A DNA stretch of 63,326 nt, counting the filler, from Octopus bimaculoides (taxonomy: Eukaryota): assembly GCF_001194135.2 (NCBI RefSeq). It is 4 parts of 4 records of this genome, joined end to end, with 100 filler letters (N's around TTAATTAATTAA, not from the genome) between each part and the next. Parts side by side here need not be neighbours in the genome. Positions count along the whole stretch, not along the records: positions 61,333 to 63,326 come from NW_026310325.1; 3 more parts are not named here. The stretch is one strand, 5' to 3'. Every line of letters starts with the position of its first letter. Positions within the stretch are counted from its first letter, which is position 1. The notes beneath the pieces are model-generated. The model had not been told where the DNA came from, made no database searches, and worked only from the letters and a program-made list of their open reading frames with translations. This document shows, in pieces, positions 61,900-63,326 of this stretch. Made by a program: the position numbers and the translations under genes.

Positions 61900-62335
61900 A
61901 GTCTGTCTGTCTGTGTGCTATATGAAGTTTTTCCCTTACATACATATGTGCACCAGAATTAGATTAAGAAGAACTGTAAAACAATAATGATACTAGAATA
62001 TATCATGCTGTAAAAGTATCAACACAACTGTACGATTAACAGCAACGACAGTAGTAACGTATTAATGAGGGCTAACTCCATTGTGTACTGTAATACTTCA
62101 TATCCTTAAAAGACAGGACTGTTATGAATCGAGTGCTTTTTAAATCACAGAATCTCTCAATGAGTTCAGACATTGGGTTAAACAACAGTAATACATATCA
62201 GCAATAAACAACAACAGTAACTACTTAATATCAGCTTTAATAAACGACAGTGCCTTTCCGTAGTTATCAACCCGCTAGAAATAAAAGTCAGATCTATAGA
62301 AGTTACTGCAAAATCTATTGAAATAGAAATTAGAT

Positions 62336-62590
62336 CAGTGGTTCTCAACCATTTTTTACCTATTGACCCTTTGTTTTAGGTGAGGATGGGGGGGACTCTC
62401 CAAAGCCATTCAATGTCTAAAAACTCCTATTATATTTTTATGATTAAATATTATCAGGAATTGTATTAAAAAATGTTTAAATATGCTGTGTATTACAGAA
62501 ATATAACCAGCTCATTACACATAAATTTTAACCACAAAATTTTTTATGTATCCCGGAGGACCATACGGACCCCAGTTGAGAACCCCACTG
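62336..62590. mobile_element. hAT (Charlie-like) MITE
   Basis: TIRs CAGTGGTTCTCAAC and GTTGAGAACCCCACTG; flanks AATTAGAT and CGTTAGAT (6/8 identical TSD). Confidence 0.8.
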
Positions 62591-62759
62591 CGTTAGATAA
62601 AGCATATTAGATATTATATGTGTAAAGTTCAGATGGAATGGTCAACTTTAATGAAAAATTTGCTCGATCAGGGGCAGCCAGAGGCTGCGCAAAAACTACT
62701 CTAACAGCAACCATCAATGAAAATAATAGATATTTCGGTAACAGGTGTCCGACAGAATA

Positions 62760-62880
62760 CGTACCAGACTTTAAAAAAAATAAAAGGTACTGAGATCGAT
62801 TGGTTCGACTAAACCCTGCAAAGTGGTATGCCCCAGCATGGCCGCATCCAGTGACTGAGAAACATAAAAAAATAAAAGAT
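62760..62880 (+). mobile_element. SINE-B 3' fragment
   Basis: GTTCGACTAAA..CCCCAGCATGGCCGCA..GTGACTGA tail. Confidence 0.65.
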
Positions 62881-63143
62881 AAAATAGCAACAAAACATAA
62901 TAGACGTACCATTTGCGTAACTTTTTTCCCCCGTCGCTATTGTCATCATGCCTCACTAATTGTAATGTCACATACATACATGCATTTGTATATAAATACG
63001 CCTTTACATATATTCTATCTATCTATCTATCTATCTATCTATTAATCTATCTATTTATCAATCTATCTATCTATAGTCAGTCTTGCGGGTGCAGTGTCTA
63101 CACACGCATATACTTGTATGCATGCATAAGTTTACATGCGCAT

Positions 63144-63227
<84 letters not shown>

Positions 63228-63326
63228 TATTCCCGTGGTTGACAGCAACACCGGCAGCAGTATAACAATGCAAATGGCAGCAGCAGCAGCAGTAGCAGTA
63301 GCAGTAGCAGTAGTAGTAGTAGTAGT

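Noticed and set aside
62664-62700. Hairpin GCAGCC/GGCTGC with hammerhead-like flanks
   Set aside because: Neither CTGANGA nor GAAA is present; too many changes are needed.

Overview
AT-rich animal DNA, almost all non-coding and very dense in repeats. From its SINE families and microsatellite load it is most likely an octopus (coleoid cephalopod) genome; this is recognition by eye, not a database result. About 8 kb is N gaps, and three 100-nt gaps carry an artificial TTAATTAATTAA six-frame-stop linker, so order and orientation across 26.9, 50.7 and 61.3 kb are not guaranteed. No intact cellular protein-coding gene, tRNA, rRNA or CRISPR array is supportable; nearly all ORF-track entries come from microsatellites or N gaps. 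Recognisable content: more than 40 copies or fragments of at least five tRNA-derived SINE families (my labels A, B, C, D, H); three fragments of R4/Dong-type non-LTR retrotransposons, two abutting (TAA)n; an RTE reverse-transcriptase fragment; four Tc1/mariner relics, one DD37D with both TIRs; and hAT-, piggyBac- and pogo-like MITEs. The main finding is a set of minimal type I hammerhead ribozyme motifs with palindromic stem III, of the kind known from Penelope-like elements. Two lie inside a tRNA-headed SINE (SINE-H, 3814-4078 + and 6968-7216 -), and unrelated variants occur at about 14.0, 16.3, 17.3, 60.5 and 61.6 kb, with relics at 8.5, 8.8 and 30.0 kb. Every copy has at least one defect, so activity is unproven. 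Secondary findings: repeated SINE insertion into the same target site next to older SINE heads, a candidate non-autonomous Dong partner, several near-perfect hairpins, and one candidate first exon. Repeat boundaries are approximate (about +/-10-20 nt).
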